This document shows, piece by piece, positions 10,067 to 20,216 of a stretch of 64,000 nucleotides of DNA (position 1 is the stretch's first letter; each line of letters starts with the position of its first letter). The DNA lies in assembly GCA_026393075.1 (NCBI GenBank), contig JAPLAW010000025.1, forward strand, positions 12,929-76,928. The letters are read 5' to 3'. The position numbers were made by a program, and so were the translations under genes. The notes below the pieces were generated by a model, which was not told where the DNA came from, did no database searches, and saw only the letters and a list, made by a program, of their open reading frames with translations. This DNA comes from Actinomycetota bacterium (GTDB lineage: Bacteria > Actinomycetota > Actinomycetes > Nanopelagicales > Nanopelagicaceae).

Positions 10067-12340
10067 CTAACCCCGATCGATGAATTCACTAGCAGTATCT
10101 GATTCTAATTGAGCCAGCGCTTTAGCTAATTCACTTTCATAACTCAAAGCCGGGTCTTGTTCGATCAGGGCTGTAGCTTCATCGCGAGCGCTTTCAATCA
10201 TGGCTTCGTCGCGCAGAACCCTAAGCAGTCGCAACTTTGATTTAGCGCCAGATTGCGAAGCGCCCATGACATCGCCTTCGCGACGTTGTTCAAGGTCAAT
10301 GCGAGAGAGTTCAAAGCCATCTTGTGTTGCGGCAACCGCATCTAGCCGCACTCGTGCCGGAGTTTCTGGTTCAGCGCCCGTAACCAGCAGACATAAACCT
10401 GGTGCGCTTCCGCGGCCGATGCGACCACGTAATTGATGTAATTGAGAAACACCAAATCGATCAGCATCCATAATCACCATTACCGTGGCATTTGGCACGT
10501 CAACACCAACTTCAATTACAGTCGTTGAAACCAATACATCGATCTCACCTGCAGCAAAGGCTTTCATAGTGGCGTCTTTGAGTTCACTGGTTTGACGACC
10601 ATGAAGCGGGGCTAACTTGAGGCCTTTGAGGGCGCCAGCATGGAGTTCGGGTGCAAGTTCTTCAACACTTGCCATGCTCTTACTCTCTTCGCCATAAAGG
10701 AAATCTAAATCAGCATCTTCCGGAGTTCCCGCACTAATTCGCGGAGCCACTATGTAAGCCTGATGACCATTAGCTACATCTTCTTTAATCCGAGACCAAG
10801 CGCGCTCTAAATGTGTTGGCTTTTCTAAAACTGGAATAACGTGCGTGGAAATTGGTGACCTGCCTAGTGGTAATTCACGCAACGTTGAAACATCTAAGTC
10901 GCCGAAGACGGTCATTGCAACTGTTCGTGGAATTGGAGTCGCAGTCATTACCAATAAATGTGGCGGTAATTTAGCTTTAGTCTTCAGAGCATCACGTTGC
11001 TCAACACCAAAGCGATGTTGTTCATCAACAACAATTAAACCAAGGTCATTGAACTGAACCGCTTGGCTTAAAAGTGCATGTGTGCCAATCACAATTCCAG
11101 CATCCCCTGATGCTGCAAGCGCAAGTGCTTCTTTACGAGCAGCAGCACTTTGTGAACCAGTTAGCAAAGTTATTTGCGTCGCATTTTCGGCGCTTCCTAA
11201 TTGACCACCAAGTGCTAACGGCCCCAACAACTTTTCGATCGTTCGTAAATGTTGGGCGGCTAAAACTTCAGTCGGCGCGAGTAGTGCTGCTTGTCCCCCG
11301 CTATCAACTACGGCGAGCATGGCTCGAAGCGCAACAATTGTTTTACCCGAACCAACTTCACCTTGTAGCAAACGATGCATCGGGTGACCGGCAGCTAAAT
11401 CTGCTTCAATTTCTTTGGCAACGGCTAGCTGTCCGCCAGTTAATTTAAATGGCAGTGACTTATCGAAAGCTTCAAGTAGACCACCGGTTCTAATTGGTCG
11501 CGCAGTTGCAGTTAGTGCTCGGGCTGCAGCACGTCGCTTTACCAACAATAACTGCAATAAGAATGCTTCATCGAACGTTAATCGCTCGCGTGCCAAATCA
11601 GCTAAATCTAAATCGGTTGGCTTATGCAGGTTAATCAGTGCTTCGCGCAAAGTCGGGTAGCCCATGCGTTCACGTAAATAGTTTGGCAGCGGGTCTGGCA
11701 CTTCATCTAGTGAATCAATGGCGAGCTCAATACATTTTGCAATTTTCCAGGAAGGTAGCTTTGCGGTTGCAGAATAAATCGGTAAAAACTTGCCAGCGAA
11801 TTGTGCGACTGCATCATCAACATCGCTGCCATCGGGCACCATCTCGTAATCCGGATGTGTTAGCTGACGCTTGCCATTAAAAACACCGATCTTGCCCGCA
11901 AATAAACCTTGTCGACCTGGCTTTAACTCTTTCTCGCGCCAAGCTTGATTAAAGAAAGTTAGCGAGAGCTTGGCGCTGCCATCGGTAACTATTACTTCGA
12001 GAATTCCACCTTTACGACCGCGCATTGGCCGATTACTAGCAGAGAGAACTTCAGCCAAAATCGTGACCTCATCGCCAGCATTTAACAGCGCGATATCGGT
12101 CAGTTCACCGCGCACCACATAACGACGCGGGTAGTGGCGCAGCAGATCATCGATGCTGACGATTCCAAAATTATCGGTCAGGACTTTTGCGGTGCGATCT
12201 CCGATCACATCTCGCGCTTTGTTCTCTAATCCAGCCACGAGCGTATTCTCTCGCTTTTTCGCTTTGACTTGCCTTTCCTGAGCGTGATTCGCCTTAACAG
12301 GGGGTGGCAAGGTAACCTTTGCTCCTGCCTGAAGCAGCAA
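10067..12340 (-). CDS. recG: ATP-dependent DNA helicase RecG
   Basis: A wedge/OB domain is followed by an SF2 helicase with GEVGSGKT, VVDEQHRFG and QLRGRIGRG. The 5' end is uncertain: TTG at 12340 as in the ORF track, or GTG at 12238. Confidence 0.9.
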   Translation of the reverse strand: MLLQAGAKVTLPPPVKANHAQERQVKAKKRENTLVAGLENKARDVIGDRTAKVLTDNFGIVSIDDLLRHYPRRYVVRGELTDIALLNAGDEVTILAEVLSASNRPMRGRKGGILEVIVTDGSAKLSLTFFNQAWREKELKPGRQGLFAGKIGVFNGKRQLTHPDYEMVPDGSDVDDAVAQFAGKFLPIYSATAKLPSWKIAKCIELAIDSLDEVPDPLPNYLRERMGYPTLREALINLHKPTDLDLADLARERLTFDEAFLLQLLLVKRRAAARALTATARPIRTGGLLEAFDKSLPFKLTGGQLAVAKEIEADLAAGHPMHRLLQGEVGSGKTIVALRAMLAVVDSGGQAALLAPTEVLAAQHLRTIEKLLGPLALGGQLGSAENATQITLLTGSQSAAARKEALALAASGDAGIVIGTHALLSQAVQFNDLGLIVVDEQHRFGVEQRDALKTKAKLPPHLLVMTATPIPRTVAMTVFGDLDVSTLRELPLGRSPISTHVIPVLEKPTHLERAWSRIKEDVANGHQAYIVAPRISAGTPEDADLDFLYGEESKSMASVEELAPELHAGALKGLKLAPLHGRQTSELKDATMKAFAAGEIDVLVSTTVIEVGVDVPNATVMVIMDADRFGVSQLHQLRGRIGRGSAPGLCLLVTGAEPETPARVRLDAVAATQDGFELSRIDLEQRREGDVMGASQSGAKSKLRLLRVLRDEAMIESARDEATALIEQDPALSYESELAKALAQLESDTASEFIDRG

Positions 12341-12389
12341 CTCTGTTTTGGCGCATTACCCAATTGATTAGCTAATAAGGAGCACGACC

Positions 12390-12575
12390 ATGGCAGCAAA
12401 CTGCGATATCTGTGGCAAAGGCCCAAGCTTTGGCAACAAAGTTTCACACTCACAGGTAAAGACTCGTCGTCGCTGGAATCCAAATATTCAGCGCGTACGC
12501 ACCCTAGTAGCTGGTGCAACTAAGCGTCAGAACGTATGTACCTCTTGCCTTAAGGCCGGCAAAGTAACTCGTTAA
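12390..12575 (+). CDS. rpmB: 50S ribosomal protein L28
   Basis: 61 aa, [34 protein letters not shown]... An AAGGAG SD sits 7 nt upstream. It is divergent from recG as in other actinobacteria. Confidence 0.93.
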   Translation: MAANCDICGKGPSFGNKVSHSQVKTRRRWNPNIQRVRTLVAGATKRQNVCTSCLKAGKVTR

Positions 12576-12584
12576 TTTAACTTT

Positions 12585-13505
12585 TTAATTGAAATGGCGC
12601 CAGGTATCTGGCGCTTTTTCATTTCCCAGAACAGTTAATCCAGTGCCGGCGCTTACTTGGCCGATCAACAATCCTGGTAAATTTTGACCAGTTGCCAGAA
12701 ATACATGATCTTCGCCGCCGCCTAAGACTAAGTCAGCGATTGAAATATTTAGCTCTTCACTCAAAGTACGTAGCTCTGTGAAATCAGCAGCTGCTTGAAA
12801 TAGATTGAAGTCAAGATTGAACTTAACGCTTGATGCGGCTGCCATTTGTTCGGCTTGCGTCATTAGCGAATCACTCACATCACTCATCGCAGTTGCATTG
12901 CCTAAATTTGCTGCATAGGCGTAATTAAGAGTTGGCGCACGGAAAGCGGCAACTGCTCGCTTAGCTGATTCAGATTCAATTACTAAACCTTTTTCTAAAA
13001 TTGTTAATCCCGCACGCGACCAACCTGGCAAGTTAGATAGATAAATCTGATCACCAACAAGTACACCACTACGCAAGATTGGATTTGCAACTTCACCGAG
13101 TGCGGTAATTGCAATCGTGACTGCTGCACCTTTAGTTAGATCTCCCCCGACCACGGTCGCGCCAACTAAATTAGCTTCGAATGCGATTCCTTTAGCTAGT
13201 TTCTCAATCCATTCCAGATCTTCATTTCCAGTTAGCGAAACAGCTACAACTAAGAAGGTTGGCTTTGCGCCCATGCTAAAGACATCGGCTAAATTTGCAG
13301 CAGTTATCTTTCGACCAATCTCGAATGGGCTTGACCATTCGAGGCGAAAATGAACGCCTTCAACAGCCATATCGGTTGTAATAACTGTGCGATTGGTAGT
13401 GCGAATAACGGCAGCGTCATCGCCTATGCCTACTTCTAGATTTGGGTGACTGCTCGCGAAAACTTGCGCCAATAGCGCTAGTACTTCGCTCTCAGTAAAT
13501 GCCAT
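12585..13505 (-). CDS. thiL: thiamine-monophosphate kinase
   Basis: 306 aa. It has the AIR-synthase-like fold signature GIGDDAAV and the GGDL / GGGEDH blocks. Confidence 0.88.
   Translation of the reverse strand: MAFTESEVLALLAQVFASSHPNLEVGIGDDAAVIRTTNRTVITTDMAVEGVHFRLEWSSPFEIGRKITAANLADVFSMGAKPTFLVVAVSLTGNEDLEWIEKLAKGIAFEANLVGATVVGGDLTKGAAVTIAITALGEVANPILRSGVLVGDQIYLSNLPGWSRAGLTILEKGLVIESESAKRAVAAFRAPTLNYAYAANLGNATAMSDVSDSLMTQAEQMAAASSVKFNLDFNLFQAAADFTELRTLSEELNISIADLVLGGGEDHVFLATGQNLPGLLIGQVSAGTGLTVLGNEKAPDTWRHFN
12596..12619 (+). terminator. rho-independent terminator candidate for rpmB, embedded in the thiL 3' coding end
   Basis: GGCGCCAG-gtat-CTGGCGC is followed by TTTTT, 21 nt after the rpmB stop. 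The same bases encode the last codons of convergent thiL (..APDTWRHFN*). Confidence 0.6.
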
Positions 13506-13598
13506 GCGGTGATTCTATTCCCATCAGATATCCACTAGAGAATTAGCACTCTAATGCGCTACCTTTGCCACTTAGCAGAACGTAATAAGGAGACCAAA

Positions 13599-13835
13599 AT
13601 GTCAGTACAGGCATACATCTTGATTCAGACCGAAGTCGGAAAAGCGGACAGTGTCGCTAAATCTGTATCGGCGATCGCGGGCGTAACTCTGGCTGAAGGC
13701 GTTACCGGTCCTTATGATGTAATCATGCGCGCTGAAGCCCCAAGCATGGAAGATTTTGGTCGCATGATCCTTTCTAAAGTTCAAGGCGTTGCAGGTATTA
13801 CTCGCACCTTGACTTGCCCGGTAACCACCTTCTAG
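13599..13835 (+). CDS. stand-alone Lrp/AsnC ligand-binding (RAM) domain protein
   Basis: 78 aa from ATG 13599, with SD AAGGAG 7 nt upstream. The sequence MSVQAYILIQTEVGKADSVAKSVSAIAGVTLAEGVTGPYDVIMRAEA... is typical of small AsnC-type effector domains. The ORF-track start at 13554 was trimmed. Confidence 0.7.
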   Translation: MSVQAYILIQTEVGKADSVAKSVSAIAGVTLAEGVTGPYDVIMRAEAPSMEDFGRMILSKVQGVAGITRTLTCPVTTF

Positions 13836-13859
13836 TTTCCTAGAACTAATTATAGAGCT

Positions 13860-14867
13860 CTAGTTACCTAACGGTCCGTTAGTTCTGCGTTTGGCAGTAT
13901 CAATTAGCGCTTGCACGATCTGCTCGTAACTCTTACCAGTAGCTGCCCACATCTTGGGAAATACTGACGTAGCTGTAAAACCAGGCATGGTATTTATTTC
14001 ATTAATTACTACTTTGCCGGTATTGGTAAAGAAGAAATCAACTCGAGCTAAGCCGCTACAGCCAAGGGAAATAAACGCATCAAGAGATGCAGCGCGAATG
14101 GCATCGCTGGCGCTTGCTGGAATATCAGCTGGAATAATTATTTCAGTTGCACCATCTAAATATTTGGCTTCAAAATCATAGAACTCAAATCTTGAATCAA
14201 TTTTAATTTGGCCAACTTTAGAAGCTTGCGGCGCACCATCAATTTCCAATACGGCACATTCAATTTCTAATCCCACTATCGCACGTTCAACCATAGCCTT
14301 GGGATCAAATCGATGTGCCTCGGTAATTGCACTTGCTAATTGATCGGCGCTTTTAACTTTAGTCGTGCCGCGACTTGAGCCACCGCGCGCTGGTTTAACA
14401 AAAAGCGGATAGCCAAGAGCATCAGCTCTTTTCTGCCATTCTGCTTTGTCGTCACTCCATTGCGTTGCGGTAACTGTAAAACCATCGGCAACCTTTAAAC
14501 CGTGTGCTGCAAAAATTGGTTTGGCGAAAGATTTATCCATCGCTACAGCTGATGCCAATACCCCGCTACCCACATAAGGCAGATCAGAAATCTCAAAGAA
14601 ACCTTGAATTGATCCGTCTTCGAATCCAGCCACATCTGCCACCACATGTGGTGCGCTACTTGGGACTTCTGGCAACTTTCCGTCAATGATGCTCAGCTGA
14701 TGGGTTTCTGGAACTAAAACCCAGTTTCCATCTTTGGTAATGCCAATGAGGATCACTTCATACTTATTGCGGTCAATCGCGCTTAAGACTCCCCCGGCAG
14801 ATAGGCACGAGATCTCGTGCTCAGAGCTACGTCCCCCAAATACGATCGCTATCGTCTCTTTACTCAT
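13860..14867 (-). CDS. ddl: D-alanine--D-alanine ligase
   Basis: 335 aa ATP-grasp enzyme with FGGRSSEHEISCLSA, FVKPARGGSSRG and EINTMPGFT. Confidence 0.92.
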   Translation of the reverse strand: MSKETIAIVFGGRSSEHEISCLSAGGVLSAIDRNKYEVILIGITKDGNWVLVPETHQLSIIDGKLPEVPSSAPHVVADVAGFEDGSIQGFFEISDLPYVGSGVLASAVAMDKSFAKPIFAAHGLKVADGFTVTATQWSDDKAEWQKRADALGYPLFVKPARGGSSRGTTKVKSADQLASAITEAHRFDPKAMVERAIVGLEIECAVLEIDGAPQASKVGQIKIDSRFEFYDFEAKYLDGATEIIIPADIPASASDAIRAASLDAFISLGCSGLARVDFFFTNTGKVVINEINTMPGFTATSVFPKMWAATGKSYEQIVQALIDTAKRRTNGPLGN

Positions 14868-15865
14868 TTAATGAAGTTCTCTGACTCAGTACTTATCTTC
14901 ATCAAGCGATCCATCGCCTCTTGCGGGCTTACTAGTCCTTTAATCAGGTCAGCTACTGCTTCAATGATCGGAACTTCGACTCCTACCCGGTGAGCAACCT
15001 CAATCACCGCACTAGCTGAAGCAACGCCTTCGACTGTGCGAGAGAAATGTTTACGGGCAATCTCGTAACTTCCATCGCGACCAATCGCTTCACCAAAGGT
15101 GCGGTTACGCGAAAGCGGTGAACCGCAAGTGGCCACTAAGTCACCCATTCCAGCTAAACCTGCTGCGGTTAAAGGGTCAGAGCCGTGCGCAGCACAGAGT
15201 CGTCCAACTTCATTTAGACCACGAGTAATGATCATGGCTTGGGTATTTTCGCCCAGCCCTAATCCGATTGCAATACCAACAGCTAGCGCAATTACATTTT
15301 TTACCGCGCCAGCTAATTCGCAACCCATGACATCGGTTGAGGTATAAACGCGGTAATACTTGGCTTTAAATATTTCTTGCAACTCTTTAGCAAGTTCGAT
15401 TGATTGAGAAGCAACAACAGCTGCTGCTGGTTGACGCAAGATTAATTCATCAGCCAAGTTCGGCCCAGTAATCACTGCAATTTCGCGATTGGGCAGAATC
15501 TCTTCGATGATCTCGCTCATGCGCATCTGAGTCGAGATCTCGATACCTTTTAGAGTACTGATAATTACTTCATCGCCCTTAAACAATGGCTTTAGTTCGA
15601 TTAACTTCTCGCGCAAACTCTGCGCAGGAATTGCCAACACAATATATTTCGAATGAGCAAAGGCTTCATTAATATCGCTAGTTGCCTTAAGGGACGCGGG
15701 CAAAACTTGGCTACCTAAATACTTAGTGTTGGTATGAGAATTATTAATCTCAGCAACAACTTCTTCGCGGCGACCCCAGAGCAAGACGTCATTAGCGCCA
15801 TCATCTAGGACCTGTGCCATTGTGCTTCCCCATGCGCCGGCACCGATAACTGTAATCTTCGCCAC
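14864..15865 (-). CDS. gpsA: NAD(P)H-dependent glycerol-3-phosphate dehydrogenase
   Basis: 333 aa. It has the N-terminal GAGAWGST Rossmann motif and overlaps ddl by 4 nt. Confidence 0.92.
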   Translation of the reverse strand: MAKITVIGAGAWGSTMAQVLDDGANDVLLWGRREEVVAEINNSHTNTKYLGSQVLPASLKATSDINEAFAHSKYIVLAIPAQSLREKLIELKPLFKGDEVIISTLKGIEISTQMRMSEIIEEILPNREIAVITGPNLADELILRQPAAAVVASQSIELAKELQEIFKAKYYRVYTSTDVMGCELAGAVKNVIALAVGIAIGLGLGENTQAMIITRGLNEVGRLCAAHGSDPLTAAGLAGMGDLVATCGSPLSRNRTFGEAIGRDGSYEIARKHFSRTVEGVASASAVIEVAHRVGVEVPIIEAVADLIKGLVSPQEAMDRLMKISTESENFIK

Positions 15866-16659
15866 TACTTGCTCTTCTTCTTAAAATTGCCGGTGCGAGG
15901 CAGCGCCGAGGTGTGTGGATCAAAAATATCAGCGGGCCGCTTTTCACCACGAAGTTCTTCTAGGATCGAAGTAATAGCCGCCATTGCATACGCAGTTGCT
16001 TCAGCCATTGCTTCTGTATCCCCTTCCTTGCCGTACCACTTACTAAAATCTAGTGGTGCGCCAGCCTTTACCTGTAATTTCGTGCGTGGAAAGAGCTTGA
16101 ATCTCTTACTATAGGCAGGAAGCACTTCTTGAGCTCCCCATTGCGCCACCGGAATAACTGGCGCTTGAGTCATTACCGCTAATCGGGCTAGTCCGGTTTT
16201 AGCAACCATCGGCCAATAATTAGCATCACGAGTTAACGTGCCTTCAGGATAAACACCGAGCATGTGCCCTGCTTTTAAAAATGCTCGGGCATGAACTAGT
16301 GCAGCCCCAGCATCTTTAGTTTCGCGTTCAACCGGTACTTGGCCCGCTTTGCGCAAGATCAATCCAATCACTGGAACTCTAAAGATTGAGGCTTTACCCA
16401 AAAATCTTGGTGCCCGACCATTCTTATAAAGAAAACGCGCAAAAACTAGCGGATCGTAATATGAGATGTGATTGCAGCAAACAATTACCGGGCCATCTTT
16501 GGGAATATTCTCTGCGCCTTGCCATTCATGTTTAGAAATCAGATTCATCAACGAAATAACAACTCTGGAGAAAATCGCAAACGATACGTTGTTGCCAAGT
16601 GGCTTACCTTTGGGTGGCGCGTACGAAATATTCAGTGGCGCACTTTCCATAGGACTCAT
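15865..16659 (-). CDS. plsC: 1-acyl-sn-glycerol-3-phosphate acyltransferase family protein
   Basis: 264 aa with the HX4D acyltransferase motif (NHISYYD) and the PEGTLTR block. Confidence 0.8.
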   Translation of the reverse strand: MSPMESAPLNISYAPPKGKPLGNNVSFAIFSRVVISLMNLISKHEWQGAENIPKDGPVIVCCNHISYYDPLVFARFLYKNGRAPRFLGKASIFRVPVIGLILRKAGQVPVERETKDAGAALVHARAFLKAGHMLGVYPEGTLTRDANYWPMVAKTGLARLAVMTQAPVIPVAQWGAQEVLPAYSKRFKLFPRTKLQVKAGAPLDFSKWYGKEGDTEAMAEATAYAMAAITSILEELRGEKRPADIFDPHTSALPRTGNFKKKSK

Positions 16660-16677
16660 CTTAGTTTAAAAAGGAAT

Positions 16678-16710
16678 AAAAAAACGGGGCTACCTCGAAA
16701 GGCAGCCCCG
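16678..16710 (-). terminator. rho-independent terminator downstream of hupB
   Basis: The minus strand reads GGGGCTGCC-TTTCGA-GGTAGCCCC followed by G+T7. It lies 17 nt after the hupB stop. Confidence 0.85.
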
Positions 16711-16726
16711 CTAATTTATTATTAAA

Positions 16727-17194
16727 TTACTTCTTCTTCTTCTTTGCTACTGGCTTCTTCTTTGCAGGAGCCTTCTTAGCAACCTTCTTCTTAGCTGCTG
16801 GCTTCTTCGCTGCAGCCTTCTTCTTTGCAGGAGCCTTCTTAACAGCCTTCTTCGCTGCTGGCTTTGCAACTGGCTTTGCAACAACTACGACTGGCTTTGG
16901 AGCCGGTCCTAGCTTGCGCTCGCCTGAGATTGCATCCTTAAGACCCTTTGCAGGTAAGAAGCGAGGCTTCTTCATTGCTTTGATCTTGATTGTCTCGCCA
17001 GTAAATGGGTTACGACCCATACGTGCTTTGCGATCAACCTTCTTGAACTTGCCGAAGTCATTGATCATGACGTCTTCGCCAGCAACCATGTTGCGAACGA
17101 TTGTGTCAAAAATAATGTCTACTGCGTGTGAAGCTTCTTTCTTGCTGCCGTTGAAGTGTGGGGCCAACGCGGCAATGAATTGTGCCTTATTCAT
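16727..17194 (-). CDS. hupB: DNA-binding protein HU with Lys/Ala/Pro-rich histone-like C-terminal tail
   Basis: 155 aa. The N-terminal ~90 aa form an HU/IHF fold (MNKAQFIAALA..., GRNPFTGE arm). The C-terminal ~65 aa consist of AAKK/PAKKK repeats, as in actinobacterial HupB/Hlp. Confidence 0.92.
   Translation of the reverse strand: MNKAQFIAALAPHFNGSKKEASHAVDIIFDTIVRNMVAGEDVMINDFGKFKKVDRKARMGRNPFTGETIKIKAMKKPRFLPAKGLKDAISGERKLGPAPKPVVVVAKPVAKPAAKKAVKKAPAKKKAAAKKPAAKKKVAKKAPAKKKPVAKKKKK
16730..16930 (-). repeat. low-complexity coding repeat (AAKK/PAKK tail of HupB)
   Basis: The forward strand is a run of cttctt / gcagg / gctgctgg units. The 21-mer ttctttgcaggagccttctta occurs twice. Confidence 0.8.
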
Positions 17195-17432
17195 TTAAAT
17201 CCCCTTATTTACGCTAAAAGTTAAGCAATCGCTTAACGCACTCGCAAAGTTACGCAGAACAATGGGGTGAGTCCAACATCAATGAGGGCGTGTCGCGAAA
17301 ATTATTTCTCTTAAAAAGTGCGAAAAACCCATTAATTATGCGTAAAAAACTCTGTATTAGAACTTTAGAGTTTCCATGAAACTATCTCACCCTGTGCCAA
17401 CTGAGCGTCAAAACCAGCGTAATTAGCCCCTT

Positions 17433-18032
17433 TTAGGCGCGAATTGGCAACGTCTTTGGTTTGTGAGCAGCACGCTTGGCCTCAAAAGTATCGATGGAAT
17501 CGCTATTTCCCAGCGTTAAACCGATGTCATCGAGACCTTCCATTAAGCGCCAACGCACATAATCATCGATCTCAAATGCGATTACTTGGTCACCGTAGGA
17601 AACAGTCTTTGCTTCTAAGTTAACTGTGATTGCCAGGGCTGGATTAGCTTCAATCGCCACCCAGAGATCTTCAACTTCACTTTGGCTCAACAGAATTGTC
17701 AGTAAGCCACCTTTTTGCGAATTGCCTCGGAAAATATCGGCGAAGCGTGAAGAGATCACAACTTTGAAACCATAGTTCTGTAGCGCCCAGACCGCATGCT
17801 CGCGAGATGAACCAGTACCGAAATCAGCACCAGCAACTAGAACTGTGCCGTTCTTAAATTCAGGTTTATTCAAAACAAAATCTGGATCGCTACGCCAAGC
17901 GGCAAATAGCCCATCTTCGAAACCACTTCGAGTAACGCGCTTTAAATAGACAGCAGGAATGATCTGATCGGTATCAACATTGCTGCGACGCAGTGGAACA
18001 CCAGTACCTACGTGAGTTACAAATTTTTCCAT
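17433..18032 (-). CDS. leuD: 3-isopropylmalate dehydratase small subunit
   Basis: 199 aa aconitase swivel domain ([13 protein letters not shown]). Confidence 0.93.
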   Translation of the reverse strand: MEKFVTHVGTGVPLRRSNVDTDQIIPAVYLKRVTRSGFEDGLFAAWRSDPDFVLNKPEFKNGTVLVAGADFGTGSSREHAVWALQNYGFKVVISSRFADIFRGNSQKGGLLTILLSQSEVEDLWVAIEANPALAITVNLEAKTVSYGDQVIAFEIDDYVRWRLMEGLDDIGLTLGNSDSIDTFEAKRAAHKPKTLPIRA

Positions 18033-18044
18033 TTTGATTTCTCC

Positions 18045-19436
18045 TTACAGATCCGCAGGCGATGAAAGAGTTCCGCGAAGTGCGGTAGCTGCTGCAACTA
18101 ACGGGCTTACCAAGTGGGTGCGCCCACCTTTGCCTTGACGACCTTCGAAGTTACGATTTGAGGTAGAAGCTGAACGCTCTTCTGGTTTCAATTGATCTGG
18201 ATTCATACCCAGACACATTGAGCAACCAGCGTTGCGCCATTCAGCACCGGAATCAATAAATACTTTATCTAGACCTTCAGCCTCTGCCTGCAAACGAACT
18301 CGAGCGCTACCAGGCACAACTAACATGCGAAGTGAGGTTGAGATTTTTTTACCTTTAAGAATTTCAGCAGCCGCACGCAGATCTTCAATGCGACCATTAG
18401 TACAAGAACCTAAGAAGACAGTATCGATAGCCACGCTCTTCATTGGTTGACCTGCTGTTAAACCCATATAAACCAGGGCTCGTTCAGCTGCGCCACGCTC
18501 TTCGGCGTCTGCAATATCGGCTGGGTTTGGCACATTGGCATTCAAGAAGATTCCTTGGCCTGGGTTAGTTCCCCAAGTAACAAAGGGCTCTAGCTCATCG
18601 GCATCGAGATCTACTTCGACATCAAACTTAGCATCGGCATCGGTGAAGAGTGTTTTCCAATAGGAAAGCGCTGCGTCAAAGTCTTCGGGTGCATGCGGCT
18701 TGCCCAAGATGTAAGCAAAAGTTGTTTCATCTGGTGCGATCAAGCCGGCACGAGCACCAGCTTCAATCGACATATTACAAACGGTCATACGGGCTTCCAT
18801 GGAAAGTTCTCGGATAGCTTCGCCGCGATATTCAATTACATAACCTTGTCCCCCGCCAGTACCAATCTTGGCAATGATTGCCAAGATAATGTCCTTACTG
18901 GTTACACCACACTTTAGTTTTCCGTTGACATTTATTGCCATGGTCTTTGGACGTTGCAATGGCAGTGTTTGAGTTGCAAGAACATGCTCTACTTCGCTGG
19001 TACCAATTCCGAAAGCAAGTGCGCCAAAAGCACCATGAGTTGAAGTATGTGAATCACCGCAAACAATGGTTAAGCCCGGTTGCGTTAAACCTAACTGTGG
19101 GCCAACCACGTGCACGATTCCTTGTTCAGCATCGCCCAGTGAGTGAATACGAACACCGAATTCAGCACAGTTTGCACGCAAAGTATCTACTTGTAGCTTT
19201 GATACTGGATCTGCAATCGGCAGATTAATGTTTTGAGTTGGCACATTGTGATCTTCAGTTGCAATAGTTAGATCAGGCCGGCGAACTTTGCGATTGCTTA
19301 AACGCAAACCATCGAAAGCTTGTGGGCTAGTTACCTCATGAATTAAATGTAGGTCGATATAGATCAGGTCTGGTTCGCCCTCTTTCGCGCGCACCACATG
19401 TTCTTGCCAGATCTTCTCGGCTAGCGTCTTTCCCAT
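18045..19436 (-). CDS. leuC: 3-isopropylmalate dehydratase large subunit
   Basis: Aconitase family with [23 protein letters not shown] and CSMCLGMN. The start was set at [10 protein letters not shown] (ATG 19436) rather than the ORF-track start at 19472. Confidence 0.93.
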   Translation of the reverse strand: MGKTLAEKIWQEHVVRAKEGEPDLIYIDLHLIHEVTSPQAFDGLRLSNRKVRRPDLTIATEDHNVPTQNINLPIADPVSKLQVDTLRANCAEFGVRIHSLGDAEQGIVHVVGPQLGLTQPGLTIVCGDSHTSTHGAFGALAFGIGTSEVEHVLATQTLPLQRPKTMAINVNGKLKCGVTSKDIILAIIAKIGTGGGQGYVIEYRGEAIRELSMEARMTVCNMSIEAGARAGLIAPDETTFAYILGKPHAPEDFDAALSYWKTLFTDADAKFDVEVDLDADELEPFVTWGTNPGQGIFLNANVPNPADIADAEERGAAERALVYMGLTAGQPMKSVAIDTVFLGSCTNGRIEDLRAAAEILKGKKISTSLRMLVVPGSARVRLQAEAEGLDKVFIDSGAEWRNAGCSMCLGMNPDQLKPEERSASTSNRNFEGRQGKGGRTHLVSPLVAAATALRGTLSSPADL

Positions 19437-19496
19437 AACAGCTCCTAAATATCCTAAAAACTGGCATCTCACTAAATGGGATGCTAATATCAGTTC

Positions 19497-20216
19497 GTGG
19501 ACAAGAAGAATAGCGGAGTCGGCGTATTAGATAAAGCCGTAGGAATTTTGGCTTGCCTGGAATCTGGCCCGCACTCATTGGCCGAACTTGTAGCCGCAAC
19601 AGGTATCGCTCGCCCTACTGCGCACCGTTTAGCGGTTGCTCTTGAGCATCATCGCTTAGTAACCCGAGATTTAACTGGTCGCTTTATTTTGGGACCTCGT
19701 AGCGCCGAATTAGCCGCCGCTGCCGGCGAAGATCGTTTATTGGCCGCTGCTGCCCCAGCACTAGCCGCTCTGCGGGATGCCACTGGTGAAAGTGCGCAGC
19801 TTTATCGTCGCCAAGGTGATGTGCGCATTTGTGTTGCTGTTGCTGAACGTTTATCTGGTCTGCGCGATTCGGTTCCAGTTGGTTCGAACTTAACTATGCA
19901 GGCAGGATCTGCGGCACAAATACTTCTAGCTTGGGAAGATTCCGAACGCATTAGTCGCGGTTTAAAAGGTGCTCGCTTTACTGCAGCGCACTTATCTGCC
20001 GATCGTCGTCGCGGTTGGGCGCAATCAGTCGGTGAACGCGAAGTTGGTGTGGCATCTGTTTCGGCCCCAGTGCGTGGACCAAATGGAAAAGTTATTGCCG
20101 CCGTAAGTATCAGCGGCCCAATTGAACGTCTTGGTCGCCAACCTGGCCGCATTCATGCTGCTGCAGTTGTCGCGACCGCTGCTCGATTAACTGAGCACCT
20201 TGAAAAGTCTAATTAA
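19497..20216 (+). CDS. IclR-family transcriptional regulator (LtbR / Rv2989-like, divergent from leuCD)
   Basis: 239 aa with an N-terminal winged HTH and a C-terminal IclR effector domain. The stop codon overlaps the convergent recX stop (TTAA). Confidence 0.85.
   Translation: MDKKNSGVGVLDKAVGILACLESGPHSLAELVAATGIARPTAHRLAVALEHHRLVTRDLTGRFILGPRSAELAAAAGEDRLLAAAAPALAALRDATGESAQLYRRQGDVRICVAVAERLSGLRDSVPVGSNLTMQAGSAAQILLAWEDSERISRGLKGARFTAAHLSADRRRGWAQSVGEREVGVASVSAPVRGPNGKVIAAVSISGPIERLGRQPGRIHAAAVVATAARLTEHLEKSN

Noticed and set aside
17264-17272. ATGGGGTGA in the leuD-hupB spacer, matching the ATGGGGTGA/TCACCCCAT repeat arm of the ftsK spacer (possible dispersed repeat family)
   Set aside because: It is a single 9-mer match, and only a 6-bp partner (TCACCC at about 17384) lies 115 nt away. 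About 0.5 chance occurrences of a given 9-mer are expected on both strands of 64 kb. It is not significant without genome-wide counts.
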